From NCBI GenBank assembly GCA_951406725.2, contig OX597820.1, forward strand, positions 20,956,001 to 21,020,000: 64,000 bases of DNA. The letters are read 5' to 3'. A model generated the notes under the pieces. That model did no database searches, was not told the DNA's origin, and saw nothing but the letters and a program-made list of their open reading frames with translations. Shown one piece after another: positions 24,878-39,275 of the stretch (position 1 is its first letter; each line of letters starts with the position of its first letter). A program made the translations under genes and the position numbers. This stretch comes from Octopus vulgaris. Taxonomy: Eukaryota.

Positions 24878-25092
24878 ACTTTACGTATTTATTATAACCA
24901 CTCTGTACAATGTTTAAATTATAGATTATAAACTAAATGCTCTGAAGTGATATTGTATGTTTTGCTTGTTTATTCTGTTTCATATATATATATATATGCT
25001 CAATGATGAACCACTTCTAGCCATCTTTGATAAGCAGCTTCAACACCACCTTTCTTCAGCTGCAGCTCAAGCCGAAATTTTAGTGGTAAATC

Positions 25093-25472
25093 TTACTCTT
25101 TTACTTGTTTCAGTCATTTGACTGTGGCCATGCTGGAGCACCGTCTTTAGTCAAGCAAATCGACCCCAGGACTTATTCTTTGTAAGCCTAGTACTTATTC
25201 TATCAGTCTCTTTCGCTGAATCGCTAAGTTATGGGGATGTAAACACACTGGTTGTCAAGCGATGTTGGGGGGACAAACACAGACACACATACATATACAT
25301 ACATATATACGATGGGCTTCTTTCAGTTTCCATCTACCAAATCCATTCACAAGGCTTTGGTCAGCTCGAGGCTATAGTAGGAGACACTTGCCCAAGGTGT
25401 CATACAGTGGGACTGAACCCGGAACCATGTGGTTGGTAAGCAAGCTACTTACCACACAGCCACTCCTATGCC
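25093..25472 (-). mobile_element. SINE family A
   Basis: Same consensus. Confidence 0.88.
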
Positions 25473-26769
25473 TAAGCACTTATAGTACATATCTATTACA
25501 TTGTCATTAGATGAAAATTTTTTATATGTGTTTATATGCAAGGGGGTATTTGTTGTGCTTGTGTTCCTTTGCCTTGACATAATTGTAAATGATGATCCCC
25601 ACCCTAGAAGCAGTGACTTTTGTTTACAATTTTCTATAGAAACATGTCCAGCCATGGAGAAATATTATTCTGCTTGAAACTGGATGATGTTTAATGAGAG
25701 AACAGATAGAGGATTCAGTTAAAGAAAAGTTACTTCAACAATTTGCCTGACCTATGCAAGCATATGAAGTAGAATATTAAAATGATGATGATGATGATAA
25801 TGATGTATGTATGTTAAGAAGTAAAAATTTACATAAATATATTCTCATTAAAGATCTAATGACATTAGGTATGGAGGCAGTAGCTTCATTTATAGATACT
25901 AATTGTCCTATTACAAACGTCTCAGACTTAATTACCAACTGTGGATACCATTAGTTAAAGTGAAGCAACAATCTAAAGGATATAACAAGTAAAAAAATAA
26001 TTAACTTATATATTTTCAAACTAATTGAATTTTATTTTAATTTGTGGATCAGTCTCTCAGAAATTCTGGTATAGAAGTTAAAAACAAGCAATCAAACAAT
26101 CGGCCTATCTACCTACATATCTGTGTGTGTGTGTGTGTTTATGTATAATAGGTATCTTGGGGAAATTGTCTTCTACTATAGTCCTGGGCTAAGCAAAGTG
26201 TTGTGTATAGATCTGGTAGATGAAAAGTGAAAGAAACCTGTAGTGTACATGCACACACAGACATGTATGTATGCAAGTATGTGTGCGCATGGGTATGCCT
26301 GTGTGTGTTTGTGTATGTCCTTGTTTCAGCACCACGCGGTGGTTCTAAAATTAACATCATCATTCATACAAGTAACATTGTTCATCTCCAGTCTTCTTTG
26401 GAAAACATGTCTGGCCACGGGGAAATATTACCTCGCTTGGAAACAGCTGAGAGTTGGTAACAGGAGGAGCATCCAGCTTCAGAAAATTCACTTCAAGTTC
26501 TTTCTGACACAAGCAAGGATGTTATAGTAGACGGTACAAGCTGAAAGTGTCACAGCAGGACTGAACATGAAATTATGTTGGAAAGTGCACTTCTTAACCA
26601 CTCAGTGATTAACAAAGAACCAATTATTCTGGACTATCATAAAGAAGTATTCCGACAAACCTCAACAGCTAGGAATGAGGGCTTATTATCAAATACATAA
26701 TTATTCTGAATTCATTCCTTTATAATATCGTTTTTGAAATTTCATTTCCTTTTTATGAAGAACGCCTTA

Positions 26770-27228
26770 CTTCCCGGGGCATGGACACATTGAAACTCTG
26801 ACATCTGGCAGTGGACTTGGCAGACACCCATACAATTATTAACCATCTTACAAACAATAACTCTGAGCACCTTTTCAAACTCCATCTGTCTAACACCCGT
26901 GGACATGTTTACAAAGTCAGAAAACAGCACAGCTCTCATGACTTTCGGAAACATTTTTTCAAGCTAAGAGTTGCTGAAGCATGGAACAATCTGCCGGCAT
27001 CAGTTGTTAGTTGTTGGAGCACTGCATCCTTCAAAATTTCCATGCTTCATGAGATTCGCCAACACTACGCCTGATTTTCTCCCCTCCATACACACGCAAG
27101 CATGTATCAGACTCATACACTGTTCACTTTCTAGACATTTGTACATTACTACATATGCTTTATATGCACTTTTGACAAGTTGTGGTGCACCTGAGCACTG
27201 TATACAATAATTTCATTATTATTTTATA
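26770..27228 (+). mobile_element. CR1-like LINE 3' fragment (ORF2 end plus 3'UTR)
   Basis: NTRGHVYKVRKQ...FRKHFFKLRVAEAWNNLPASVV...SFK is the typical CR1 ORF2 terminus; ends in an (ATT)n-like tail. Confidence 0.85.
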
Positions 27229-29336
27229 TAAGAAACATTAACATCCTGCTAAGTCAGCTTTTGAAAAGAAAATAAATAAATACAGCTATGTGGTTAAGAA
27301 GCTCATTTTGCAAATGCATTGTTTTGGGTTCTATCCTAATGTGTGGCACCTTGGGCAAGTGTCTTCTGCTAAAGCCCTGAGGCATTCAAAGACTTGAGAG
27401 TGAATTTGTTTGACAGAAACTGAGTGGAAGCTTTGTGTATATATGTGTGTTTATGAATATAGATAGATAACTTTTTTTTGTTCTGTTCCTTCTCAAGCCA
27501 TGCCTGGCTCATAAGGGCCGGTTTCCCGGTTTCTTGGCGTATAGGTTCCTCACCTGGATGGGACGCCGGTCCATCGCAGGATATCTATGTGTATGTTTTT
27601 GTGTCAGTGTTTGTCACACCATCATCCCCACCCCTACACTTTGACAAAAAATGTTGGTTTGTTTATGTTCTGTAATTTAGGGTTCGGCAAAAGAGACCAG
27701 CAGAATAATCATCAGACTTTGAAAATACTCCTACGTACCAGGGTCAATTTGTACAACTAAAACCGTCCAAGAAAATGCTCCAGCCTGGTCGCAGTCCAAT
27801 GACTAAGACAAATAAAAGGGTAAAAAGTAAAGATAGTGTATATCCATTTTAAGCTAAGCTTTAATATTTTCTCTATGAATCAAAAGAGAAATTAAAAAGT
27901 AAAAACCTCCTCCTACACACCAAAGTTAGTCATAGCTGTTTTTTTCCTATTCTGTTTCTGGATTTACAGATACTGAGTCTTTTGAAAATAAGGCACAAGC
28001 ATGACTAATACGTACTACAACAATGTTTACGGAAGTTGAAACACTTTTCTAAGTAGTAGCAGTACATGTGTCTTCATTTGGGATGACCTCACTCAAACAC
28101 CTACCCCAAATCTTTAGCTGTGTGGTTTCTTACAATACATGATTGGTTATGAGCCTCTCTAATAATCTAAGGCAGTGTATTATATTGCATATCTCTCTGT
28201 CACACAGCTCAAGTGAATTGTCTTGATTACAGAGGTTAACTGGCTGACATCATATGTATTTACTTAAATAGCTAAACTGTGAGAGATCAGCAGGTTGCCA
28301 ATTGAATTTGTTATTCAGAACTAATCGTCTGAAAGAGCTATTGAGAGTGAATTTAAGAAATGAAAGGCCCAAGCATATTTGTGTAGTTAATAAATTTACT
28401 TTCCAGCCACATGGTTTCAGGTTTAGTCTGATTGCTTGGCACCTTGGGCAAGTGTCTTTTATTATAACTCCAGATCAATCATAACCTTATGAGTGGATCT
28501 GGAAGCAGCTGTGTGTGTGTGTATAAGAGAAAGAGAGAGAGAGAAAAAGAGAGGGAGAGACAGGGAAAGAGAGGTAGAGAGAGTGTGTGTGTGGGGGGGG
28601 GGGTGATGAGGATAGCTGGCCACTCATGACTGACGAAAACCATCACTGACCATCGCCCATGCAAAATGCCAGCAATGCCTGTGCATTGAATTTATTGCAC
28701 CAATAGTCAGCTTCACCCAGGTTCATGTTTGCAGCTTCCATGCTTGCTGTCGCACCCTACAACTAGATCAGGTATCGGACAGCTGCTCACTAGTGATTGC
28801 ACAACCTAAAATTTTAGATCCAATTTCCAGTACTCAATGTTACTCATTTTCAAACATCAACTTGTAAACTACGCTCACTTTTCTTTTGAAAATCTTTTGA
28901 AGTATGAAACGAGAGTTTGAAGAAAACACTTCACTTTATGTTCTTTTCTTTGAAAACCTCTTTGTTGCTAAAAACATTAATCCAAAGCATTACTTCAGAA
29001 CAGGCCTGCCAACTCGAATGACATTATGAACCACTTTAATCACAGAAAATTTTTTGAGGGCCGCTTGTATACTTCATGCACTAATAGTCAAACGATCAAA
29101 TTACAAAATCAAGAATTTTTCATTCTTTTCATTTGCTTAAAATTATAAAATTGTAGGTTATTGCTTTATAGCCACTTATAAATTTTGAATTATCATTGCA
29201 AAAGCAGTAGTATCTATCTTTTTTACTTTTCATTACAATCTATCATTACAATCTTGAGCAAGTGTTTTCTACTATAGCCTCGGGCCGACCAAAGCCTTGT
29301 GAGTGGATTTGGTAGATGGAAACTGAAAGAAGTCTG

Positions 29337-29388
<52 letters not shown>

Positions 29389-30161
29389 GTGTGTGTGTTT
29401 ATATGTTTGTAGATCTTTGTTTGTCCCCCCAACATCGCTTGACAACCGATGCTGGTGTGTTTACATCCCATAACTTAGTGGTTCGGCAAAAAGAGACAGA
29501 TAGAATAAGTACTAGGCTTTCAAAGAATAAGTCCTGGGGTCGATTTGCTCGACTAAAGGCGGTGCTCCAGAATGGCCACAGTCAAATGACTGAAAGAGGT
29601 AAAAGAGTAAAGAGTATTTCAAAAGAAAACCAGGCTTGGTTTACCAGCTGATGATCAGAAACATGATGGGCTTCCATACATTTTCTATCTATAAATCATG
29701 TGGTTGAAAAGCAAGTTTGTTAACCACACGGCCATGCTGGAGCCTATTTGGATTTTAAAGAAAAAAATCAAAGACTTACTCAAACAATTGAGGATAATTC
29801 ATTTAAAGAATCGTCTCCCAAAATAAAACAAAAATCCACCTTAGTTGTTGAACTGCAGGTTTACATATTCCAGTAAGGTCAAGGAATATGGTAATTGTGT
29901 AACTGTGTTAAAATAGTTTTACAAAAGGTTTTTAATATGGGAATTAAAAATACCAACAAAATTCGAACAAAATCAACCAAACTACCAAACAGGTTCGCTA
30001 ATTAGTATGATACTGTAATGAGAAACATATCAGCATTTCACATAGGTGCAGGCATAGCTGTGAGGTAAGAAGTTTGCTTTCCACCCACTTGGTTCCAGCT
30101 TCAGTCCAAATACATACAATCTTGGGCAAGTGGCTGACCGAAGCCTTGTGAGTGGCTTTGG

Positions 30162-30208
<47 letters not shown>

Positions 30209-30732
30209 CAGGTATATTTTTTTGTCTGTATTTGTAGCAGTAACAGGCCATGGTGGTTAATATGTTAAAGGTAATGCTTTGCTTAAAGCATGGTGACTTA
30301 ATAACAGAACAACTGGTGTTGGTGTGTTTATGTCCCTGTAACTTAGCAGTTCAGCAAAAGAAACCACTAGAAAAAGTGTCAGGCCTTTAAAAAAAAATAC
30401 TAAGTTTGACCAAAGTTCTTCAAGGCAGTGCCCCAGTATGGCCTCAGTCTGATGACTGAAACAAGTAAAAGATAAGATATGATAGCTAATTGTTTTAATC
30501 CTTTCTACTGTAGGCACAAGGTCTGAAATTTGGGGGTGAGGGGACTAGGCAAAGACATCCTCAGCAGAATTTGAACTCAGAATGTAGCAGCAGATAAAAT
30601 AACAATAAGTATTTCACCCAGCATGCTAACGATTCTGCCAGCTCACCGCATTATAGCTAATTGTTATAATATCATAAAATATGGTTTGAATTGGAAAAAA
30701 ATTTTCGTGAGTTTACAAGATTACTTGAGATA

Positions 30733-31132
30733 CAGGAGCAGGAGTGGCTGTGTGGTAAGTAGCTTGCTTACCAACCACATGGTTCTGGATTCAGTCCCAC
30801 TGTGTGGCACTTGGGCAAGTGTCTTCTACTACAGCCTCAGGCCGACCAAAGCCTTGTGAGTGGATTTGGCAGACGGAAACTGAAAGAAGCCCATTGTATA
30901 TATGTATATATCTGTGTGTGTGTGTGTGTGTGTGTGTGAGAGTATGTGTTTTTGTGTCTGTGTTGTCCCCCCAACATTGCTTGACAACCGATGCTGGTGT
31001 GTTTATGTCCCCGTAACTTAGCGGTTTGGCAAAAAGAGACCAGTAAAATAAGTACTAGGCTTACAAAGAATAAGTCCTGGGGTCGATTTGCTCAACTAAA
31101 GTCAGTCAAATGACTGAAACAAGTAAAAGAGT
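30733..31132 (+). mobile_element. SINE family A
   Basis: Same consensus; neighbouring partial copies at ~29255-29615 and ~30045-30480. Confidence 0.88.
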
Positions 31133-32262
31133 ATGCCTTGGCTCCATTTCATTCCTTTCATTATCATTAGTCAATTAGTTGACCGTTTAACTAAATAACT
31201 AATTGACTGTTTGATTAATCTTTTCACTTTTACTAAGTCACCCTGCTTTAGCAAAGCATTATCTTTAACATATTAACTGCCATGGCCTGTTATTGGTTGT
31301 TATGTGAAGTTAAGGAATGAACCCACCAGAGGTACATGTGGTGGTTAATGTGTAAAATAGTTGTTACATCATAAAACTGACATCTTTTCTATGCAATTGA
31401 CAAACTGAAATTATTCGCTGAAAATGAGTATCATCTGAGGGCTGGTGCCGCTGTTATATCTTTGATGGGCTGCTGGGTCAAAGGGTGAGAAAACCAAGTG
31501 GGTCTATCCATGACTACACAGGCACCTAAGATAATTAGAAACAGCATGGTACACACGGTACATGATACCAAGCCACACACTCTGTTTGCAGTGATGACTG
31601 GCTCTCAATTGTAAATAGACAATTTAATTAATCAAACAACAATAATTATCATCACCTATGCTGACACAAGATCAATTTACTCTATTTTATTTTTGCTTTC
31701 ATTCATACTGTGTGTATTAAAAATGGGTACCCCCACCCACCCACACACCTCCCCCAAAAATACAAACTGTCAGCAAATATTTCAAAAGGAAGCAAAATAA
31801 AAAAAAAAAGAGGACTGATTCATTAACTGACTCAGTTTTATAAATACTAATTTCTGCTGTAGGTCATTTGGTTTATTGTACAAGTTTCATTCAACTCTGT
31901 ACAAAAATACAACTGAAAAAATATCTAAATATGAATAACCTACACATGTTACCCTAGAAATGAACCACAAACGGTATTATAAAAAAAAAACTAGTAAAAA
32001 TAAGTCACCATCTGGTCTAACAGATTTAAATGCTATATTCAAAAGAAAAACGGAAGTGCTGTGATAGTGTGATACCATGGATGATGAGGATAAAAACTGA
32101 ATTCTACCTTGTGATTTTTCATCATTGTTGAAAGAGAGAGGAAGAGAGAGAAAGAGAGAGATTCTCTTATCTGCCTCGTCAGCTTCTTTTGTGGGCAAGA
32201 AAAGTATTTCATATTTATGATTTATTAAATTAAGACTGTTTCGCAGTCATTTATTTACTTAA

Positions 32263-32483
32263 CCCTTTAGTGTTTAAACCGGCTATATCCGGCTCAAATA
32301 TTCTACTCATTTTATGCTCAAACTGGCCAGAACCAGTATCTCACACCTACCCTGCAATGTAATTCTAAAAATAAACAATTACATCTTTCAAATCTTGAAG
32401 CTACAAGATAATACCAGATTAATTTTTTTTTAATGTAAATGAATAAAGATTACTTTTGACATATTAATTTGAATGCTAAAGGG
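32263..32483. mobile_element. piggyBac-like MITE, same family
   Basis: TTAA TSD and CCCTTTAG TIR; more decayed copies at 45269-45481 and 48496-48713. Confidence 0.88.
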
Positions 32484-34202
32484 TTAAATTGTCCCCCCCC
32501 CCCGAAAGAAACATCTGTATTTCTATACAAGTTGAATGGAAATTAAGAATAAACCAAAGGCGTTGAGCTGACAGAATTGTTAGCAGACTGAATGAAATGC
32601 TTAGTGGCATTTCGTCAGCCTTTACATTCTGAGTTCAAATTCCGCTGAAGTTGACTTTGCTTTTCATCCTTTCAGAGTCAATAAATTAAGTACCAGTTGC
32701 GTGCTGGGTCAATCTAATCAAATGCCCTCCTCCCACAAAATTTCAGGCCTTGTGCCTAGAGTAAAAAAGAATATTTATAAAACCAAGGCAATTAATGAAG
32801 CTTTTACCATTTCTTTTCTTTGGTAGTTCCACAGCATCTAATATCTCCTACCTCTACCAATACCCATTCTTTTCTTGTCCCCACCACCTCTAGCTCCCAC
32901 TTTCCTTTCAAAATCATGTGGATCCACCCACCCATTTATCCTCTCCAATCCCCAATCCACTTCAGAATATAGACATTCCTGTAGCTTGGATGTACTGCCC
33001 CTGCACTTCCCCATCACATCATCTTTCTCTCTTTTTCCTCTCTCCCTATCTGAGGTAGCTATGTTTCTATTCTAATGCAAGACACTTTTTCTGTCTCTCA
33101 ATACTCCTCCCTTCAGTTGAGGGGTCTTGTTCTACCAGTTACTTGGTGACCTCACTGTTGCTGGTGCCACATAAAACGCACTCTATAAAGTGGTTGGCAT
33201 TAGGAAAGGCATCCAGTTGTAGAAACCATGCCAAAAAAGAAACTTGCCAATGCTGGTTCCACATAAAAAGCACCCAGTACACTCTGTCAGTTGACTGCAG
33301 CCATGCTGGAGCACTGCCTTTAGTCAAGCAAATCAACCCTAGGACTTATTCTTTGTAAGCTTAGTACTTATTCTAAGTTACGGGGACGTAAACACACCAG
33401 CATCGGTTGTCAAGCGATGTTGGGAGAACAAACACAGACACACAGACACATATACACACACACACACACACACATATATACGACGGGCTTCTTTCAGTTT
33501 CCGTCTACCAAATTCACTCACAACGCTTTGGTCAGCCTGAGGCTATAGTAGAAGACGCTTGCTCAAGGTGCCACGCATTAGGATTGAACCCGGAACCATG
33601 TGGTTGGTAAGCAAGCTACATGCCACACAACCACTTTTATCAATATTTATAAGTATACACAAAATAAAATTCTGAATAGATCTCGTTTATTAATTAAACA
33701 TATTCTAATTTAAAGCTTAGTAATATCTGTAAAATATGCTAACTGGATGTAAAACATTGCATGTGTTGCTGAAGAGAAAACAAGATACACAATTATGTTT
33801 ATACACAGACAAACCCACACACATACACACAATATTGATCTGACTGGGACCTCAAGTTTCACCCTTAATGATTCATTCAACCAATGAAGTTGAGAAGAAT
33901 AGCTTCACAGGGTTCCTACTCAAATCAATATTATCAATAAATTTTACTCTAGATTATGTATGGAGTCCTACTGTTAGTAAATAAGTTTGTTGTTTTTCAA
34001 CAAATAGATCAACAATAGCAAATAGCAGCATCTGATACACTCTGTAAAGTGGTTGGCATTAGGAAGGGCATTCAGCTGTAAGAATCATGCCAAAACATAC
34101 AGTGAAGCATGGTGCAGTCCTCTGTCTAGCCAGCTCCTTTCAAATTTCCAACCCATACCAGCATGGAAGACGGATGTTAAATGATGAGAGAGAAAGAGTT
34201 AT

Positions 34203-34246
<44 letters not shown>

Positions 34247-34309
34247 GGGTTTTATTTCTACACTTCCACTGATAGTGTTCAGACCACCAAGTTTACTATA
34301 TTTGATTAC

Positions 34310-34712
34310 TCTCTCTTTTCTCTTTTACTTGTTTCAGTCATTTGACTGCAGCCATGCTGGAGCACCGCCTTAAGTCAGGCAAATTGACCCCAGGACTTAT
34401 TCTTTGTAAGCCTAGTACTTATTCTATCGGTCTCTTTTGCCGAACTACTAAGTTACGGGGACATAAATACACCAGCATCAGTTGTCAAGCGGTGTTGGGT
34501 GGACAAACACAGACACACAAACATACACACACACATATATATACATATATACGACGGGCTTCTTTCAATTTCCGTCTACCAAATCCACTCACAAGGCTTT
34601 GATCGGCCCAAGGCTATGGTAGAAGACACTTACTCAAAGTGCCACGCAGTGGGACTGAACCCGGAACCATGTGGTTGGTAAGCAAGCTACTTACCACACA
34701 GCCACTCCTGCA
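34310..34712 (-). mobile_element. SINE family A
   Basis: Same consensus; another copy at ~33290-33633(-). Confidence 0.88.
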
Positions 34713-34904
34713 CCTGCATACAAGATTCACATATTTAAAGAAAAATGTCTCCAAAAAAAGTCAGTTTGGGTCCTATGTATGAAGTTGGGCCGTCCATAAG
34801 TTTTAATGCACTAAAAACTGCTTTTACTTAAATGTGCACTGCTGAAAGTACAGTGCATTTAATTACGTCTGTATGCCTTTTATGTCAGCAAACAGTAATT
34901 TTTA

Positions 34905-35232
34905 ATACTGGCTCTCTGTCAGTTACGACAACGAGGGTTCCATTTGATCCGGTCAATAGAACAGCCTGCTCATGATATCAACGTGCAAGTGGTTGAGCAC
35001 TCTACAGACACGCGTACACTTAATGTAGTTCTCAGGGAGATTCACCATGACACAAGAGGTGACTAGGTTGGCCCTTTGAAATATAGGTACTGCACATTTT
35101 TTGCTAGCTGAGTGAACTGGAGCAATGTAAAATGAAGAGTTTTGCTCAAGGACACAAAGCGCTGCCAGGAATTGAACTCACAACCTTAGGATCATGAGCT
35201 GAATATCCATAATTTCTAGGCCATGTGTCTTC
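34905..35232 (-). mobile_element. SINE family F (D-like head, different body)
   Basis: Reverse B box GAATTGAACTC and TGCTCAAGGACAC core, with a body distinct from family D. Confidence 0.65.
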
Positions 35233-35500
35233 ATAACACAGCAAGCACAGTAATTAGCGGAGCAATAATTATTGAAGTAATAGACACAATGTGATTCAAA
35301 GCTGGTTCAACTATAGTTCTTATGTTACATGATAAATTAGAGTCAAATATAAAATAGTGACTCACATATCTAATATGAAAGGGAGTCAGTGCAGATTTAA
35401 ACCAGTCAGCAATATATAAAATGCTGAGCTAAAACTTTCACTGTAGTAAGAATTGAAAATGAACATAGTTTTGGTAACTGGGACCTTCTTATGGCACAGG

Positions 35501-35816
35501 CAGGGCTGAAGGAGTCGAAACAAAAAACTCTGACTCTGACTCCGACTCCTGTACTATTGGCACCTCTGACTCCAACTCTGATTCCGACTTCGGCTCTGAC
35601 TCCTCTTTATGTAATTAAGTGATTGTGGTCTGCATATCTCATAAAGCATATGCATACACTTGCACTTTGAGTAGGCCTGCATGTTATAATCGGTTTATAT
35701 AAAAGAATAAAGACATTGAGTCAGAATCAAAGTCGGAATACTTTTACCGACTCTGACTTTAGCTACCCCTTAACTTTTTCCAACTCCGACTCCATGACTC
35801 TGACTCCACAGCCCTG
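35501..35816. mobile_element. hAT-like MITE with subterminal GACTCY repeats
   Basis: TIR CAGGGCTG..GGAGTC / GACTCCACAGCCCTG; flanks share ACAGG (imperfect 8-bp TSD). Confidence 0.7.
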
Positions 35817-37089
35817 CTTACAGGTCCAGGGATCCAATTCTAATCTATGTATGGTGTTACTTGCTGTCAATAAATAAATACAATAGGGTCCAGTGCACTG
35901 ACTTGACTGGCAGTCTCACAGGTAGGGGCCCAATTCTGATCTATGTATGCTATCTGCTGTCAAGAAATAAACACAACCATGTCCATTGCACTGATTTTTG
36001 TCGAGGACCTATAATACTACTAAGACAGTTGCTGGGAAATTGGTAAATTTGTTCAGCTAAGCTTATACCTAATGGTGAGACTAGCTGAATGAAAAGTCAC
36101 ACTGAAGTTTGAATTTGTGTTATTGCAATAGAGAAAAAATGTGGACAAAAGAGGTATAATAGAAAGTTGCAAGGCCTGTGAATTGTAAACTGCAAAATGA
36201 CTTGTTGAAGTTAATGAATGAGAAATTGCTTGTGCCACAGATCACTGTGTTTCACAGTCTGACCTGCAGATCAGGTTGTGGAGTAGGAAAATGTGTAAAG
36301 AAAAGCCGTAGACAAAAACAGAAGAGAAAAACAAGAGCTGCTGAGGCAATGATCAAAAGAGACAAAAATCTGTAGAAATAAAGGCATGTAAAAATTCCAG
36401 AGAAAAGCCATAGTGAGGAAGTATAAAAAGAAAAATGGAAAGATAGTGAGAAAAAGTGAGGCGCAATGGCCCAGTGGTTAGGGCAGCAGGCTCGCGGTCG
36501 GAGGATCATGGTTTCGATTCCCAGACCGGGCATTGTGTGTGTTTATTGAGCGAAAACACCTAAAAAGCTCCACGAGGCTCTGGCGGGGGCTGGTGGCGAC
36601 CCCTGTTGTACTCTTTCACCACAACTTTCTCTCACTCTCTCTTCCTGTTTCTTGAGTAACGTTGCGACGGACTGGTGTCCTGTCCAGCTGGGGGGAACAC
36701 ATACCCCACAGAAACCGGGAAACCAGGCCAATGAGCCTGGCTAGACTTGAAAAGGGCGAAAAAAAAAAGTGAGAAAAGTAGTAGAATAAAGCAAAGAGAA
36801 AACTGACACTTTCTGTTATAACATGTATTATAACAGGCATTTTGGTCTACCTCATGAATTTCTCTTGTAAATGAGAATGAAAGTAATTTCAGGAAATGGC
36901 AAATTAACGGTGAAATCTAGCTAAACAGAATCTCAGTCAATGTTGAATTTATGTTGGTTTAGCAGACAAGAAATGCATAATAGAAGGTGCGTGGTTTATA
37001 CAGAATAAGTTGCAAGATAGCTTGTATAAAGAATAATAAGTAACTGAAAGCTACATAGCTTGTGAATTGTAAACTATGAAATTTATATA

Positions 37090-37549
37090 TCTATATATAT
37101 AAATGCAGCGTTAAAGTTAAATGGCGGTGCCCCAGCATGGCCACAGCTCATGAGCTGAAACTAGAATCAATCAATCATATAAAGCTGAAGTTGTCTGTGT
37201 ATGGCAGGTTTGGTAGTCTTCAATTAACACTATCTCCTCCGAGACCCTGCGGAGCAAGTTGACCAAAATTGAGAGTATGATAGAAGAAGGCTTGCTCTTC
37301 CTTCCGTAGAAGATAAAATTCAAATCGGACCATGTTAACACCGAAAATTATTTACATCAAAAAGGTGCTTTTTTTTCTATGAAAATCCCTATTTTTTACT
37401 GCTGTGTCGCCATTTTTCGGTGTATTTCAACCAGAAAAATGTTCGCTTAAAGAGAATAACAAGCTACATGATGCAAAATTTTTACTTTTCAAAAATTCCA
37501 ATTGTAAAGGGTCGAAGCAAACCCGAGCAATGATGGGCGATACTGCTAG
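37090..37549 (+). mobile_element. Non-autonomous Helitron
   Basis: A|TC start, 3' hairpin CCCGAGCAATGATGGG then CTAG|T; colinear with 63525-63918; carries a small insertion at 37104-37176. Confidence 0.85.
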
Positions 37550-39275
37550 TTCTTTGAAAAAGCTTTAATGGTTTGTAACAGAAGTCTAAGCTGCAATGAA
37601 AAGGCTTGTAACAGTAAATTGTACATCCATTCATATTTTCAAAGTTCATGAAACACATGTCAAAGATGGTTTAGTTTTTCGAATCTCTAATTTAAAATAA
37701 ACTGTACTGACATCTATCAGAACAGTTGTTTTCAAACTAGTCCATTGCAGGAGGGAATAATTTATTTCTTCTGTACAGACATACATCTTTCAATCGCAAT
37801 CCTAATTTTGTAACAAGTAACTCAATGACAGATATTTCAAACATTTCTTGAAATAGAATGGTAAGAGCATTTTTAGTGGACAAATTGATTAAATGTAGTT
37901 CTACTGTTGATATATAATAATAAAAATACATTTTTGCCAGCTGAGTGGACTGGAGTAACGTGAAATGAAGTGTTTTGCTCAAGAACACAACGCGTCGCCC
38001 AGTCCAGGAATCGAAACCACAATCTTACGATTATGATGCTGACACCCTAACGACTAAGCCATGCACCTCCGCCATTATATTTTTATAATTAAATATAAGT
38101 AGGAATTGTAAAAAAAAGAAATTGTTCAAAAATTATGTGTATTGTAAAAGTATAACTAATTAATTGCACATGGATGCTAACAACAAAATCCTATAAGAAC
38201 CCTAGTTGAGAAAAACTGCAATGGAATAATTAACATGGAGCTGAATATCAAAAAGTGTTCACAACAAAGTTCATAAATCAAGATAAGAATTATAGTTCAT
38301 CCTCACTCACCTTCGTCTATAGAAAGAATAAATATAATTCTCATATTTCCTTAACTTCTTGACATTAGAACCAGTTATAGAAATCTATGTAAATTTCCTA
38401 CTTAACAACTTATAGAAACTATTTTAAAGTAGGGCAAGAATAGTTAAGACCGAGAAAAATTGTCTTGAATAGCATGTACATTTTTTCATTTTTCTTTTAT
38501 TTTTATTTACAGGTAATCAAGCAAAAGTTATAATTTTAAAATATAATTAATGATTAAGGTCCAGAAGTGGATTAACATTAAAATAAAGTATAAGAAATAA
38601 AAAGTGGAGGCATGATGGCCCAGTGGTTAGGGCAGAGAACTCACAGTAGGAGGATTACGGTTTCGATTCCCAGACCAGGCGTTGTGTGTGTTTATTGATC
38701 GTAAACACCTAAAAGTTCCACAAGGCTCCAGCAGGGGGAGCCAGCGACCCCTGTTGTACTCTTTTGCTACAACTTTCCCCTCACTCTCTCTTCTTGTTTC
38801 TTGAGTAACACTGAGATGAACTTGTGTCCCATCCAGCTGGGGGGAACACATACGACACAGAAACCAGGAAACCGGGCCCATGAGCCGGGCTAGGCTTGAA
38901 AAGGGTGAAGCTTATCATTTTTTTATAAGAAATAAAATACTTTCCACTACATATTTATTGATGCATATACAAAGAAGGGTGCGGCTAAATTATAAACACA
39001 TGATTCACGCAGCATATGAGGTGGATTGTTTGAACAAAGTCTTATTTTAGGCAAACACAAGGAAGATACAGAAAAAAATATATATATAAAGGATGTGTGA
39101 AAACAAACAAATTGGTCATTGTCAAGAAATTTGCACTTATTTATTCAAGCTAAGATATGTAAAATTTTAATGAGGTAATAACGACAATTACATGAATGTT
39201 TTAGAAAGAGTTCATGAACTATGCAATAGCTGATATAAGCAGGAAACAGCACAAAACATAGGCATAGGTTTTTAA

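Noticed and set aside
29645-29672. CTGATGA-TCA-GAAACATG as a hammerhead
   Set aside because: No stem II and no UH after the palindrome.
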